From assembly GCA_963785305.1 (NCBI GenBank), contig CAWAUV010000009.1, positions 288,001-352,000 of the forward strand: a DNA stretch of 64,000 nt, written 5' to 3'. How positions within the stretch are numbered: position 1 is the stretch's first letter; the number at the start of each line of letters is the position of its first letter. A program made the position numbers and the translations under genes. The stretch comes from an uncultured Planctomycetaceae bacterium. Its GTDB lineage: Bacteria > Planctomycetota > Planctomycetia > Pirellulales > PALSA-1355. The notes beneath the pieces were generated by a model, which did no database searches, was not told the origin of the DNA, and saw only the letters and a list, made by a program, of their open reading frames with translations. Positions 53,332 to 64,000 of the stretch are shown here, one piece after another.

Positions 53332-54002
53332 GAAAATCGAGTCCCGCGATCGGCGCCGGGCGAGACCTCGACGATCGACAACCTTCCCGCCCCCTGAAGG
53401 GCGCCATTGTAATGTCCGCCCCAAGGACATGCGAGAGACTTCGGCGCCGAACCCGGGCGAGAGCCGCGTGACCGACCCACGGCGCCCGCCCCCTCGCGGC
53501 CTCGGCCGGGCAAAGTAGGTCGCGGCCTCGTCTCCGGAGGCGGATTGCATATCCCCCCAAACGAAGTCTCGCCTTGCTCAAGGAAATTTCCTAGGATACT
53601 CTGTTAGCAACGGATTAAGAATAACTGCCTTGCGCCCCCCGTGCCCTCCCCCCTCGCTTTGCCGGGGAGGCGAAGCGGTGGCGGGCAATGTCATTTTTAG
53701 TCGGTTTCCAGAGCTTATCTTTGCACGGCGCCTCGCAGACCGCCGCCCACGGGGTTCTTGTCATTCGCGCTTGGTTCGAAGCCTATTCCGGGGCTGTTTG
53801 TCTGGTGACGGGTTCTTGATTCAATTCGGTTCATAAAAATTTTCCGCGCCCATGGAATTTCGTGGCGGCGCTTTGCGCATTGCAACGCGCGAGGCGGACG
53901 CCGAAGCGTTTGGCCGCGCGCCATGCGATCACGCATGGACCGGCGCGCGACGAACTCGATGTCGCGCGAAGCCCAAGGCCACAACACCGGGGAGTCCTGC
54001 CC

Positions 54003-55004
54003 ATGACTCGGTCGTTTGACGGATATGCTCGCTCACGCCGACGCGATCGCCTGGCGTTCACGCTCGTCGAGCTCTTGGTCGTGATTGCGATTATCGGGGT
54101 GCTCATCGCGCTTTTGTTGCCGGCCGTGCAGGCGGTGCGCGAGTCGGCCCGGCGAAATAGTTGCATCAACAATCTCAAGCAAATGGGTTTGGCGGCGCTG
54201 AACTACAACGATGCCCGCAAGACGCTGCCGCCTGGCGGCTGGGGTTGGGATTGGGATGGCGACCCTGACCTAAACGGAGTGAATCAGCCGGGCGGATGGT
54301 CCTATTCGATCCTCGCTTTTTCCGAAGAGAATTCACTCGTGATGTTGGGCTCCAAGCAATCGGCCGCGGGAAAGGCCGCGGCCAACGCGACCTTAAACAG
54401 CACGCCGCTGCCACTCTATTACTGTCCCTCGCGGCGCACCGCCAACGCCTATCCCAATGTTCTCGGCAGCCAATATGTAGCCAACAACTGCAATCCACTG
54501 GCGACCGTCGCCAAAATCGATTACGCCGCCAACGCCGGGGACAGCGGCACGAATCAGACCGATGGCGGACCGAGCTCGATCGCCGCCGCGGCCACCTATG
54601 GCTGGGCCAACACATCGACAATGACCGGCGTCTGCTTCCTGCGGAGCACGGTCCGACTCGCCGATATCACCGATGGCACGAGTAAAACGTATCTGTTCGG
54701 CGAAAAATATTTATGCCCCGACAATTACACCAATGGCTCCGATGGCGGCGACAATGAAGACGCTTTCACCGGTTGGGACAACGACGTATACCGCTGCACC
54801 AATTCGGCCAATCCGCCGTTCCAGGACACGCTCGGTAATTGCCAACAGGTGAACTTCGGCTCGGCGCATCCCGCCAGCTTCAACATGGTGTTCTGCGATG
54901 GCGGCGTGCGCGGTATTCCCTTTGAAATCGATCCGAATACGCATGATTATCTGGGCAATCGCAAGGACAATCAGGTTGTCGACGTGGGCCAGTACTCGAA
55001 TTGA
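54003..55004 (+). CDS. DUF1559 prepilin-type N-terminal cleavage protein
   Basis: [50 protein letters not shown] (H-X9-DG). Confidence 0.93.
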   Translation: MTRSFDGYARSRRRDRLAFTLVELLVVIAIIGVLIALLLPAVQAVRESARRNSCINNLKQMGLAALNYNDARKTLPPGGWGWDWDGDPDLNGVNQPGGWSYSILAFSEENSLVMLGSKQSAAGKAAANATLNSTPLPLYYCPSRRTANAYPNVLGSQYVANNCNPLATVAKIDYAANAGDSGTNQTDGGPSSIAAAATYGWANTSTMTGVCFLRSTVRLADITDGTSKTYLFGEKYLCPDNYTNGSDGGDNEDAFTGWDNDVYRCTNSANPPFQDTLGNCQQVNFGSAHPASFNMVFCDGGVRGIPFEIDPNTHDYLGNRKDNQVVDVGQYSN

Positions 55005-55201
55005 GCCGGTCGGGCCGCCGCTTGCACAACGCGGTCCCGCCCTTTGACACCGGCCCCGGGCGAGGATAGGTTCGAGCGTTGCGGCGGCCGATGCTTCACC
55101 GTGCGCCGAGCGACTTTTTCGCTTCGCGCCGAGAGATTCGAAACATCGCGTGGAGAGGGCCCGCCCGCGCATTCCCACTTTTTTTCGCACGGAGAACCTC
55201 C

Positions 55202-55771
55202 ATGGAACGTTGGACATTGGCTTGCAGTTGTTTTGCCCTCGTGGCTCTGGCCGCCGCGAGCTCGCGGGCCGCGACCCCGTCGTCGCCGCTCGATTTTCAT
55301 GTCAAGAGCATCACCGGCCAAGATGTCGATCTCTCGCAGTACAAGGGCAAGGTCGTGCTGGTGGTGAATGTGGCCAGCAAATGCGGCAACACCAAGCAGT
55401 ACACGCCGCTCGAGAAGATGTACACGGACCTCAAGGATAAAGGCTTCGTCGTACTCGGATTTCCGGCCAATGAGTTCGGAAAGCAAGAGCCGGGCTCGAA
55501 TGAAGACGTTTTGAAATTCTGCACCGAGACCTACAAAGTCGACTTCCCGATGTTCGCCAAGAGCGTGGTCAAGGGCGACGGCATCTCGCCGCTCTACGCG
55601 TACCTGACCGATGCGACGACCGACCCAGGGTTCGCCGGCCCGATCACTTGGAACTTCGAGAAGTTCCTCATCGGCCGCGACGGGAAAGTCGTCGCCCGCT
55701 TCAAGCCGAAGACATCGCCCGATTCGCCCGAGGTGATGCAGGCCATCGAGACCGAACTGGCCAAGAAGTAA
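55202..55771 (+). CDS. Glutathione peroxidase family protein, exported
   Basis: VVNVASKCG, GFPANEFGKQEPG, WNFEKFLI; signal peptide. Confidence 0.92.
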   Translation: MERWTLACSCFALVALAAASSRAATPSSPLDFHVKSITGQDVDLSQYKGKVVLVVNVASKCGNTKQYTPLEKMYTDLKDKGFVVLGFPANEFGKQEPGSNEDVLKFCTETYKVDFPMFAKSVVKGDGISPLYAYLTDATTDPGFAGPITWNFEKFLIGRDGKVVARFKPKTSPDSPEVMQAIETELAKK

Positions 55772-55956
55772 CCGAGCCCGCGCAATCGTGAGCTTCGCCG
55801 CGAGCCCGCTGGCCGCGTTTTTCCGCGTTCGCGTGGAGACGCGACCTCGGGCTCGTTGGCATTGCCGCCACGGCGCTGGGGCCGATCTCCCGCTCAAGCC
55901 GCGACGAGCTTTGCTCGGCGCTTGGCAATGTTGTCGGCCCGCCCCGCCGAGTTTCT

Positions 55957-56997
55957 TTACTTGCCGATCTGACGCTTGAAGGTCACGATCGCGTCGCGCA
56001 GCTCCTCGGGTCCATGGCGCACCACATCACACACAGGCAACGCCAACTCGCGTCGCAATTGTTCTCGCGCGGCGTCGGCCTCTTCGGGCGACGATCGGCT
56101 CGTGTTCATCGCCACCCCGATCACGCGGCAAGGGTGCATAACATTGGCCATGATTTCATTGAGCCGCAGCGCGTCTTTTAGGGGCGGCAGCGGAATATGC
56201 GGCATGCCGCGCACATGGGTCCTGCCCAGTTCCATGCAAAAAATCAGGCCATCGGGCATCACGCCATGCAATAGTCCGGTGGTCACGGCGGAAAACCGGG
56301 GATGGGTCACGCTGCCTTGGCCCTCGATCACCAGAATCGCGTGGCGCTGGTTGGCGAGCACCAGTTTCTCGGCGGCGCCGTTGACGAAATCGGCCACCAC
56401 GCAGTCGATCGGGCAGCCATCGCCCTCGACCAAAATTCCGGTTTGCCCGGTGGCGACGAACTTGGCGTCGTGGCCGGCGGCCTGGAGCGACCGCGCGAGC
56501 TCGACGCTGGTGAGCATCTTGCCGATGCTGCAATCGTGTCCCACGGTGTGGATGCGCAGGCAGCGCTCGTCGATGTCGCGGCGCTGGGCGAGGTCGCGTT
56601 CGGAGTTGCGACGAATATCGCGCAGCTGACCGCCGCCGCGCTGGGCCGCGGCGGCGAACTCGACGTCGTCGGATAGGAACTCGTGCATGCCCGATTCGAC
56701 ATTCCACCCTCGCTCGAGCGCCGCGAGAATCTGGGCTCGCATCACTCCCGGAATTCGCCCGCCAGGCATCGCAATGCCAATGACGAGCGTGTTGGCGGTA
56801 GGCGCTTCGGCCACGCTTCCCACGACCGGAATCTCGCCGCCGACGCCCCAAAGCGACTGGGCCGTTTGGCCGCGGGACGTGGAATCGAGCACCGCCACGA
56901 CCTGCTCCGGCCGGTAACGCACTAGGCACACCGCCGTCTTGGCGCTCAAGGGGTCGCTTTGGCCTTCGGTGAGAACGAGCAATCGGCGAGCTTGCAT
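55957..56997 (-). CDS. DUF1611 family P-loop protein (DgcN-like)
   Basis: SAKTA, TVGHDCSIGKM, ATGQTGI, IEGQGS. Confidence 0.85.
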   Translation of the reverse strand: MQARRLLVLTEGQSDPLSAKTAVCLVRYRPEQVVAVLDSTSRGQTAQSLWGVGGEIPVVGSVAEAPTANTLVIGIAMPGGRIPGVMRAQILAALERGWNVESGMHEFLSDDVEFAAAAQRGGGQLRDIRRNSERDLAQRRDIDERCLRIHTVGHDCSIGKMLTSVELARSLQAAGHDAKFVATGQTGILVEGDGCPIDCVVADFVNGAAEKLVLANQRHAILVIEGQGSVTHPRFSAVTTGLLHGVMPDGLIFCMELGRTHVRGMPHIPLPPLKDALRLNEIMANVMHPCRVIGVAMNTSRSSPEEADAAREQLRRELALPVCDVVRHGPEELRDAIVTFKRQIGK

Positions 56998-57001
56998 GCG
57001 A

Positions 57002-58612
57002 TTAACTTTCAGCATCGAGAGCCGAGCGGCGCGCGGCGTCGACATTGTGCGCGTCGGCGGCGTAGCGGGCCAGATAGCCGCGCACTTGCAGCTTGCGGGC
57101 CGTGTTTTCCGAGGTCATGTAACGAACCTTGCCAAAAATCGGCCGCTCGGGGCCCCAGGCGCGATCGTAGCGCCCCAGCACCCAAAAGATGCCGGAATAC
57201 GAATTCGGATCGCGGCCATCGACGGCATATTTGTTGTTCAGTTCGATCATCGCGGCCAGGGCCTCCCGGGGCGAGGGCGACCATTCGAGTATCTTCTTGC
57301 CCCAGAGCATGCGCAAATAATTATGCATGCGACCCTCGCGCGTCAATTGCCGCTGGGCCGCGTTCCACAGCGGATCATGGGTCGCCGCCGACTCCAATCG
57401 CGAGATCATAAACCACCGGCCGCGGGTCGCGGGCATGCTGCGCCAGCGTCGTTCGCGCCCATTCCGGAAGCGATTCGTATTGATCGAAGTCGGGCGCATG
57501 CGCGCACATATTGTATCCCACTTTGCGCCAGGTGATGAGCTCGTCTAAAAACGCCTCGGCCGCGGCGTCGCGCCCCACCAGCCCTCGCGGCTGCCGGTCG
57601 GTCGCGGGGCGAGTTTCTCGGGCGTCCAACGCTCCGCGCGCATGAGAACATCGAACACCTGATGTGCGCTCACGTGTCCAAAGTGCAGATACGGCGATAG
57701 TCCGCTCGAGGCATCGGCGTCGGGCTCGTTGCGCTCCGTGGCATAGGCCGGCAATTGCTGGCGGAGAAATGCGCGCATGCGCCTCTCACCGGCCACCGCT
57801 CCGCCGTCGAAAGCGGCCCGCGAGATCGTTTGCTCGATCGGCAGAGCGCGAAGCAGTGTGTCGACATCGACCTCGGTCGGCGGTTGTTTCGATGTCGCCG
57901 AGCCGGATTGCAAACGAGGAGCATCGAAAGCCGGCGGCCATTGTTGGATTATTTCGCGATCGATCACAGCCGGTTGGGGCGACCGGCCAGCGACGCTCGC
58001 GAGTTCCGAGAGCGGATCGGCCAGCGGCGGCTCGGCCAGATGCGTGGGGAGCGATTTTTGCAGGAAGCGGCGAAACGCATGAGCCAGGGGAAAACAATGG
58101 TCGGCGGCTCTCGACGGCAAGAGGCCATTGGAGTCGACCGCTTCGAGGCGCACATCGAGTTGCTTGCCGGCGGCGGCGAGCATGTGCGGCAGAAAAAACG
58201 CGGGAAAGTCATCGGTCACGACCACGCACGCCTGACGCCCGAGCGCGGCGAGTAGTCCCCGACCCGCGCCGTGACGCGGCTCGACATGGGGATAGTACAT
58301 CACGCCGTGTCGCGCGAATGCCGCGCGATTGTCGAGCATGCCCTCGACGACAAAATGATGCAGTCGCTGGCTGGCCCAGGGATAGTCGGAGCGGAGCGGC
58401 TCGAACACAACGAGCGGGCGGCGGAGCAGGGCCGCATGCCAGGCGGCGTGTTGCAGGCCGTAGTTCCACGTCGCGCGCCGCGAGGCGACCATCCAGTACA
58501 GCACATAGCGCCCCGCGGCGTTGATGGGCCGCGCATTGACGGCCCGCCGCCGGAGCGGTGGTATTTCGAGCCTGCCAACGTGTTTGTCGAGGACCTTGGC
58601 GTGGGTGGGCAT
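57002..58612 (-). CDS. Class II CPD photolyase (frameshifts near 57560 and 57390)
   Basis: YVLYWM, SGLSPYLHFG, THDPLWNAAQ, MHNYLRMLWGKKILEW, DGRDPNSY, ERPIFGKVRYM. Confidence 0.88.
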
Positions 58613-58623
58613 ATGAATCGAAG

Positions 58624-59538
58624 CTAGTCGCTCTTTCGAGGCGGGGCGTTGCCGTCGGCGAGCAGTCGACGGAGCGCGTCGGCAAGTTGGGCGTCTTGAA
58701 AATGATAGCCGCTTTGTTGCAACTTGCGAGGGATGACGCGCGCGCTGGCCAAGACCGCATCGCACATTTCGCCGAGCGCCAGGCGAATCGCCACCGCGGG
58801 AGTGGGAAGCAACGTGGGCCGGCCGAGCACCGCGCCGAGCGTTCCCGTAAGTTCGATGTTCGTTACCGGGTTGGGCGCCACGATGTTGACCGGCCCGGAA
58901 AGCGACGGCGTGGAGATCGCATGCAAAATCGCCCCCACCACGTCGGGCAGCGCGATCCAACTGACATACTGCATCCCGCTACCCAGCCTCCCGCCGAGTC
59001 CGAGCCGAAAGGGAATGAGCATCTGTCGCAGGGCCCCGCCGGCCGGACTCAGCACGATGCCGAAGCGAAAATTCACGACCCGAATCCCCGCCTCGACCGC
59101 GGGCGCAGTGGCCGCTTCCCAGGCTTGGCAGACTTCGGCCAGGAACCCGCTCCCGGCGGAGCTTGTTTCATCGAGCACCTGATTGCCGCGGTCGCCGTAG
59201 AACCCGATCGCCGACGCGCAAATCATCACGCTCGGCCGCTCACGAGCCGCGGCCAGCGCGCGACAAAGCAGATCGGTCCCGCGGACGCGACTCTCGCGGA
59301 TGCGCGACTTCTTTTTCGCGGTCCAGCGAGGTCCAAAGACCGGTTCGCCAGCCAAATGCACCACCGCGTTGCAACCCCCGAGCGACGCGGGATCCAGTCG
59401 GTCGGCAAGCGGATCCCAAGCGATTTGATTCGCGGTCTTGGGATGCCGTGTCAACCGCATGACGCGATCGGAGGGGCTCAATGATGCGATCAAACTCGAA
59501 CCGATCAGTCCCGAAGCGCCAGAGACGAGCATGTTCAT
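58624..59538 (-). CDS. TIGR01777/YfcH-family NAD-dependent epimerase
   Basis: SGASGLIG, HLAGEP, ASAIGFYGDRG, FLAEVCQAWE, GLGGRLGSG. Confidence 0.9.
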   Translation of the reverse strand: MNMLVSGASGLIGSSLIASLSPSDRVMRLTRHPKTANQIAWDPLADRLDPASLGGCNAVVHLAGEPVFGPRWTAKKKSRIRESRVRGTDLLCRALAAARERPSVMICASAIGFYGDRGNQVLDETSSAGSGFLAEVCQAWEAATAPAVEAGIRVVNFRFGIVLSPAGGALRQMLIPFRLGLGGRLGSGMQYVSWIALPDVVGAILHAISTPSLSGPVNIVAPNPVTNIELTGTLGAVLGRPTLLPTPAVAIRLALGEMCDAVLASARVIPRKLQQSGYHFQDAQLADALRRLLADGNAPPRKSD

Positions 59539-60137
59539 GGGGGATTATCCACGTGGTGACTAAAGGACGCGGACCGCTGCCGATAGTGCCGAACCGGCAC
59601 GCGCCGACCAACGAGTTGAAATCCAAGCCATTTGCGTGAATCCGAACCGACCGCAATCCGAGCAGTTGACGTTGTTTTCCACCCCGCGGACCTAAATCGT
59701 GATACGGCGGCGCTTAGCGATATGCAACAACCGGACCCTTTGCCGTGTTTTTTGACACTTTCAACTATCCCTCCGACTTGGTGGCGCGTTTTTGCGACGT
59801 GCTCGCTGCTCGAACGACGCGCGGCCTCGATCCACAAGCGCGAGACGTTCGGCGGGCCGACGGGAACGCGCGGCGTGGCGCTGCTGTTTTATCGGGAAAA
59901 ATGGGCACGATCCTTACATTGCGCTCGTTCGCCCGAATGTCGCATGAAGTCAACATCGAATTTGACTTTCGTGGCGCCAGGGCTACACTTCGGCATGGGT
60001 TCTCCTCCCGAAAAACAATTGAAAAACATCCCGAAAAGTCCTCCGAGTCGTTCGCGGCGCGAGCGGGGCTTTCCTTATTTTTTCAACGACTTTCCGATGT
60101 CGGCTCGTCCCCATTGGCGGTCGGTGGAGCATGTGTC

Positions 60138-61125
60138 ATGAAAGGTTTCTGGTTGTTTACGGCGGCCGTCGTGATGTGCGCCTCCGCGCATGCCGAACCC
60201 TGGGCCGACAAGATGTTCAAGGACACCAGCCATGATTTCGGGCCGGTTCCTCGCGGCGAAGATCGAATATCGCTTCGTGCTGAAGAATCTCTACAAGGAA
60301 GAAGTGCATATCGCCGGCGTTCGCTCGAGTTGCGGCTGCACCTCGCCGAGCATCGAGAAAGACACGCTCAAGACCTATGAGCAGGGCGCGATCATCGCCC
60401 AGTTCAACACCCACGCATTTCTCGGCCAACATGGCGCTCATTTGACCGTCACGATCGATAGGCCCGCCCATGCCGAAGTGCAGCTCGAGGTGAAGGGCTA
60501 CATCCGCACCGATGTCGTGGTCGATCCGGGCCTCGCCAATTTCGAGAATGTCGACCAGGGATCGAAGGCCGATCGCAGAATCTCGATCGAATACGCCGGC
60601 GCCGCCGACTGGAGGATTCTCGACGTGAAGCCGAGCGCTCCCTATGTCGGCTACAGCGTGAAAGAGACGCATCGGTCGCCCGGTCGCGTGGGATACGAGC
60701 TCGATGTCCAATTGGCCGACAACGCCCCGGCCGGCTATTTGCGGGACCAATTGGTGCTTGTGACCAATGACCCGCGAACTCCCGAACTGCCGATCCTGGT
60801 CGAAGGCCGCGTGACACCCGAGCTCACGGTAAGCCCCTCGCCGGTGACGCTGGGGCTGGTGCAGCCCGGCCAAGTGGTGACCAAGCAGCTCGTGATTCGA
60901 GCCAAGCGGCCGTTTCAAGTGACGGGACTCGATGCCGGCGGCGATGATATTACATTCAAAGCGCCCAGCGGCTCGCAAGCGGTGCATATCGTGCCCATGA
61001 CCTTCACCGCCGGAGCGCAGCCGGGCAAGATTGCGCGGCGGATTCATGTGCAAACCGATCTGGGCGGTCAATCGGCCGATGTGCAAGTGCTCGGCGAAGT
61101 CGCCGCGCCGCTCGCGGGCAAATAG
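60138..61125 (+). CDS. DUF1573 domain exported protein (frameshift near 60250)
   Basis: Signal peptide, WADKMF..HDFG, VRSSCGCT, Ig-like repeats. Confidence 0.82.
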
Positions 61126-61200
61126 TCGGCGCGAGGCTCTCGATCCGAGTGGCGACCCGCAAGTAATGCGGCCGCCCTCGCCCACATCGCGTGAAATTAG

Positions 61201-61237
61201 GCAACGCCGGCGAACTGTTTCGCCGGCGTTGCTTTTT
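61201..61237 (+). terminator. Rho-independent terminator
   Basis: 14-bp stem GCAACGCCGGCGAA / TTCGCCGGCGTTGC, 4-nt loop, TTTTT. Confidence 0.8.
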
Positions 61238-61402
61238 GCGCTCGCGGCAACCGGACCCGGCTGTGCCGGTTGCAGCGGTCGAGCCTAAATTCGACGCGTC
61301 GGCCTTGTATAGCGGTCGATCCAAGATTGGCGGCTCGTCCGGAGCGGGCCGCGATCGAGCGGCAGGCGACCATTCTCGTTTCCAGCGGCAAGGAGGCCGT
61401 GG

Positions 61403-62848
61403 ATGCAATCTGGCTCGGCGTGTGCCCGAATGCTTGGCGTGGCCATGTGGGTAGCGGCCGCGTGGGGATGCGCCTCGGGCGGCTCGACATGGGCAGCCCA
61501 GCCTCGGCCCGCGAGCTCCCTGTATCCCGAAATTCCGATGGCCACGGCGGTCGCGCCGGCGGGCGGCGCGGCGCCCGATTTCAGCCGCGCGCCGCGGTCG
61601 GGACCTATCGCTCAAACCACTCCCAACGCGTGGCCGACCCGATTGGCGGCCGCCCAAGCGCCCCTTGCCAGCGAGCCCTCGCCGCCCCTTCCGGTCGAGG
61701 ATCCCGCGGAGCTCGAACCGCCAAAGCGCCGTGTGACCGCCAGCCGATCGCTCGATGATGCGACGAGCGATCCGCCCGCGGCGCCTGCCGCCGCGGAGCA
61801 AGATAGCCCCGGTCAAGATAGCGATGGACTTCGGCCGCTCGGGCCCGACTCGGCCCGGCTGTTTACTTTCGGCCCCTCGGGCGTATCGAGCCCCTACCAG
61901 GCAAGCGAAAAGCCGAATCCGGCGTTCGATCCCCGTTTCCCTGGTGATCCCGGGCCGCTCGACGACAATACTTCGATCACCCGGGGGATCCACGATTTCT
62001 TTTCGGGCCGGACTTTTCCGACCGAAGGTTTTCCGGCCTACACGATTTCGGCGACCGCCCTGATTTTGCATCGCTCCGACGCAAAGAGCGTTCCGCTGGT
62101 GAGCGGGGCCGGCGGAACACTGCTCGGCGCGGGCGGGCTCAATCCCGGCTTTGCCGTGGGGCCGCGGTTCGATCTGACGATGCATTTTGCCTCGGGCTAC
62201 AACTTTGGGTTCGTGTTTTATGGGCTCGAGGGCTGGCACGCCCAGCAGCAGCTTTCGTCGGGACCCGGCGGGCTTCAGGTTCCCGCCTTTGGCGGCGATC
62301 GCTTTAGCCACATCAATGCGGCATACAATTCGCGGCTCTTCAATGAAGAAATCAATTCGAGCCATTCGCTCTGGGGGCCGGTCAATATTCTCTCCGGGTT
62401 TCGAGCGCTCGAACTCAACGAAAACTTGAACATCGCCGGCTCCGGGCTCACGACCAACGGCTCGGGCAATATCAAAACGCGCAACTGGTTGCTCGGCTTG
62501 CAATTGGGACTCGAGTCGCTGCTTGTCGAGCGTGGACCGATAAGTTTGACCGCCTACACCAAGGGCGGCATCTTCATCAATCCCGCGCGGGTCACGACGA
62601 ACCAAACCGGCGATGTCACGCTGCCGAGCGGTTCGAACAACGGCGCGCACGAAGCGTTTGTCGGCGATGTGGGACTGAATTTGAATTATCGAATTCGCGG
62701 TGACTGGACCGCCACGATCGGCTACCAAGCGTTGTGGATCGATCGCGTGGCGCTGGCGCCAAATCAATTGGCCACCTTGCCGAAGGTGAACTTTAGCGGC
62801 GACGTGTTCCTCAGCGGTCTCCAGCTTGGGCTGGTAAAGCCGTTTTGA
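61403..62848 (+). CDS. Planctomycete outer-membrane beta-barrel protein (BBP7-like)
   Basis: Signal peptide, Pro-rich linker, GFRALELNE, TRNWLLGLQLG, GYQALWIDRVALA, C-terminal Phe. Confidence 0.72.
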   Translation: MQSGSACARMLGVAMWVAAAWGCASGGSTWAAQPRPASSLYPEIPMATAVAPAGGAAPDFSRAPRSGPIAQTTPNAWPTRLAAAQAPLASEPSPPLPVEDPAELEPPKRRVTASRSLDDATSDPPAAPAAAEQDSPGQDSDGLRPLGPDSARLFTFGPSGVSSPYQASEKPNPAFDPRFPGDPGPLDDNTSITRGIHDFFSGRTFPTEGFPAYTISATALILHRSDAKSVPLVSGAGGTLLGAGGLNPGFAVGPRFDLTMHFASGYNFGFVFYGLEGWHAQQQLSSGPGGLQVPAFGGDRFSHINAAYNSRLFNEEINSSHSLWGPVNILSGFRALELNENLNIAGSGLTTNGSGNIKTRNWLLGLQLGLESLLVERGPISLTAYTKGGIFINPARVTTNQTGDVTLPSGSNNGAHEAFVGDVGLNLNYRIRGDWTATIGYQALWIDRVALAPNQLATLPKVNFSGDVFLSGLQLGLVKPF

Positions 62849-63339
62849 CAGGCAAAATCGGCAAAGCCGCTGACCGGTGGCGCCGATCGAGCGGCCTGCG
62901 TGGCGCGAGACGCTTCTTTTGAACTCGTGCTCGGCCGGCGGTCGATTTTTTCCCAAAGAGCGCCGAAGTTTTCGGCCTGGGACACGTTTTCTTTTGAAAA
63001 TATCGAACCCACCGCGACCTTGCGTCCGCTTTAAGCATTGGGCGCGAGCCCGGTAGTTAGTCCTGTAGGAAGGGTGGCGGAAGCCGCCTTTCAAACTCAA
63101 GTTCGGCTTTCCCAGGCACGAGGCCGTCCGGAATGGCCATGGACCGTTCTAGCACGGAGCGCGGTTGTCTTCGCGCGGCCAAGGCATGCCCGATCGAACC
63201 ATGCGAGCCACGACCACGATTCCCTCGACAAACGACGACGCAACCAAGCGGCAACTGCGTGAGCGACTGCTGCGAATCATCATCAAGCGCGAACAAGAGC
63301 GCCGCCAATCCCTCAAACCGTGAGCCGGCAAGGCGCATC

Positions 63340-64000
63340 GTGAACCGGATTCAAGGGCTCTGCCTATTCGCTTGTCTGGGCTTCGCCGCGCCGCTGTCCG
63401 GGCAAACCCCGGGACCACCGCCCCCGCTGGGCGACCCGGTGTCGCGAGCCGAATCGGCGATGCGAGATTCGTCGATGGCGTTCGGCTCGTCCGGCGGGCG
63501 CTATCTGGCGCGGCAGACCCCGCATCCGGCCGTGGTGCGCGTCGTCGCACCCGGCAGCGGTAGCATTTCCCATGGCTCGGGTTGCTTGGTGGCGGTCAAC
63601 GAGCAACATGGCCTCGTGATCACGAATTGGCATGTCATCAACGAGGCCACCGGCACGATCACGGTCGAATTTCCCGATGGCTTCGAATCGTCCGCCACGG
63701 TTCAAAAGTTCGACCGTGATTGGGACTTGGCGGCCCTTGTGATCTGGCGGCCGAGCGTTGCCCCCGCCACGCTCGCGAGCCACGCGCCCCAACCCGGCGA
63801 TCCACTGACCATTGCCGGCTACGGCTCCGGAAAATATCGCGCGGCGTCGGGGCAATGCACGCAGTATGTCGCCCCCGGCCTCAAATTTCCCTACGAAATG
63901 GTCGAAGTCTCCGTCGCCGCGAGGCAAGGCGACTCGGGCGGCCCGATCTTCAATAGCCGCGGCGAACTGGCCGGTGTGCTCTTCGGGGCGGGCGAAGGTC
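63340..64000 (+). CDS. Trypsin-like serine protease (3'-truncated by window edge)
   Basis: GTG start with signal peptide; ITNWHV, DLAAL, RQGDSGGPIFN catalytic motifs; absent from the ORF track because no stop is in the window. Confidence 0.85.
   Translation, partial: MNRIQGLCLFACLGFAAPLSGQTPGPPPPLGDPVSRAESAMRDSSMAFGSSGGRYLARQTPHPAVVRVVAPGSGSISHGSGCLVAVNEQHGLVITNWHVINEATGTITVEFPDGFESSATVQKFDRDWDLAALVIWRPSVAPATLASHAPQPGDPLTIAGYGSGKYRAASGQCTQYVAPGLKFPYEMVEVSVAARQGDSGGPIFNSRGELAGVLFGAGEG

Noticed and set aside
53560..53990. tRNA or REP element in the intergenic region (GGTTCGAA, CCTCCCC..GGGGAGG)
   Set aside because: No cloverleaf can be built; the hairpin is single-copy in the window.

Overview
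GC-rich bacterial chromosome segment with a Planctomycetota-type gene complement (DUF1549/DUF1553 + DUF1501 modules, DUF1559 prepilin-like, DUF1573, BBP7-like beta-barrel, sulfatase). Many genes, including accD and rpe, carry small frameshifts, most likely long-read assembly errors. Left to right: amino-acid ABC transporter end; a divergent Wzx/Wzy surface-polysaccharide cluster with a PglF/E/D/C-like amino-sugar pathway (1.4-14.9 kb); housekeeping genes (2-oxo-acid decarboxylase, galM, scpB, rpe, accD); planctomycete cytochrome/DUF1501 module; hybrid kinase; sulfatase; a ~10.3 kb accessory island (34043-44322); then radical SAM, a second DUF1549/DUF1501/PPC module, photolyase and others. The island is the most interesting part. 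It is bounded by a perfect 18-bp direct repeat but encodes no integrase. Its core is two HUH/Y1 RAYT-type elements, each bracketed by 20-22 bp inverted repeats starting AAAGGGG; one is intact and one is internally deleted. At both ends of the intact element the end-plus-flank junction is tandemly reiterated (17-mer x2, 19-mer x2, 14-mer x20). A group II intron has inserted exactly inside the mini-element's terminal repeat and carries an 11-nt complement of the spliced junction. IS701-like, IS66 and IS630 elements are nested in the island, which also carries AT-rich orphan genes that may be toxin-tip/immunity remnants.
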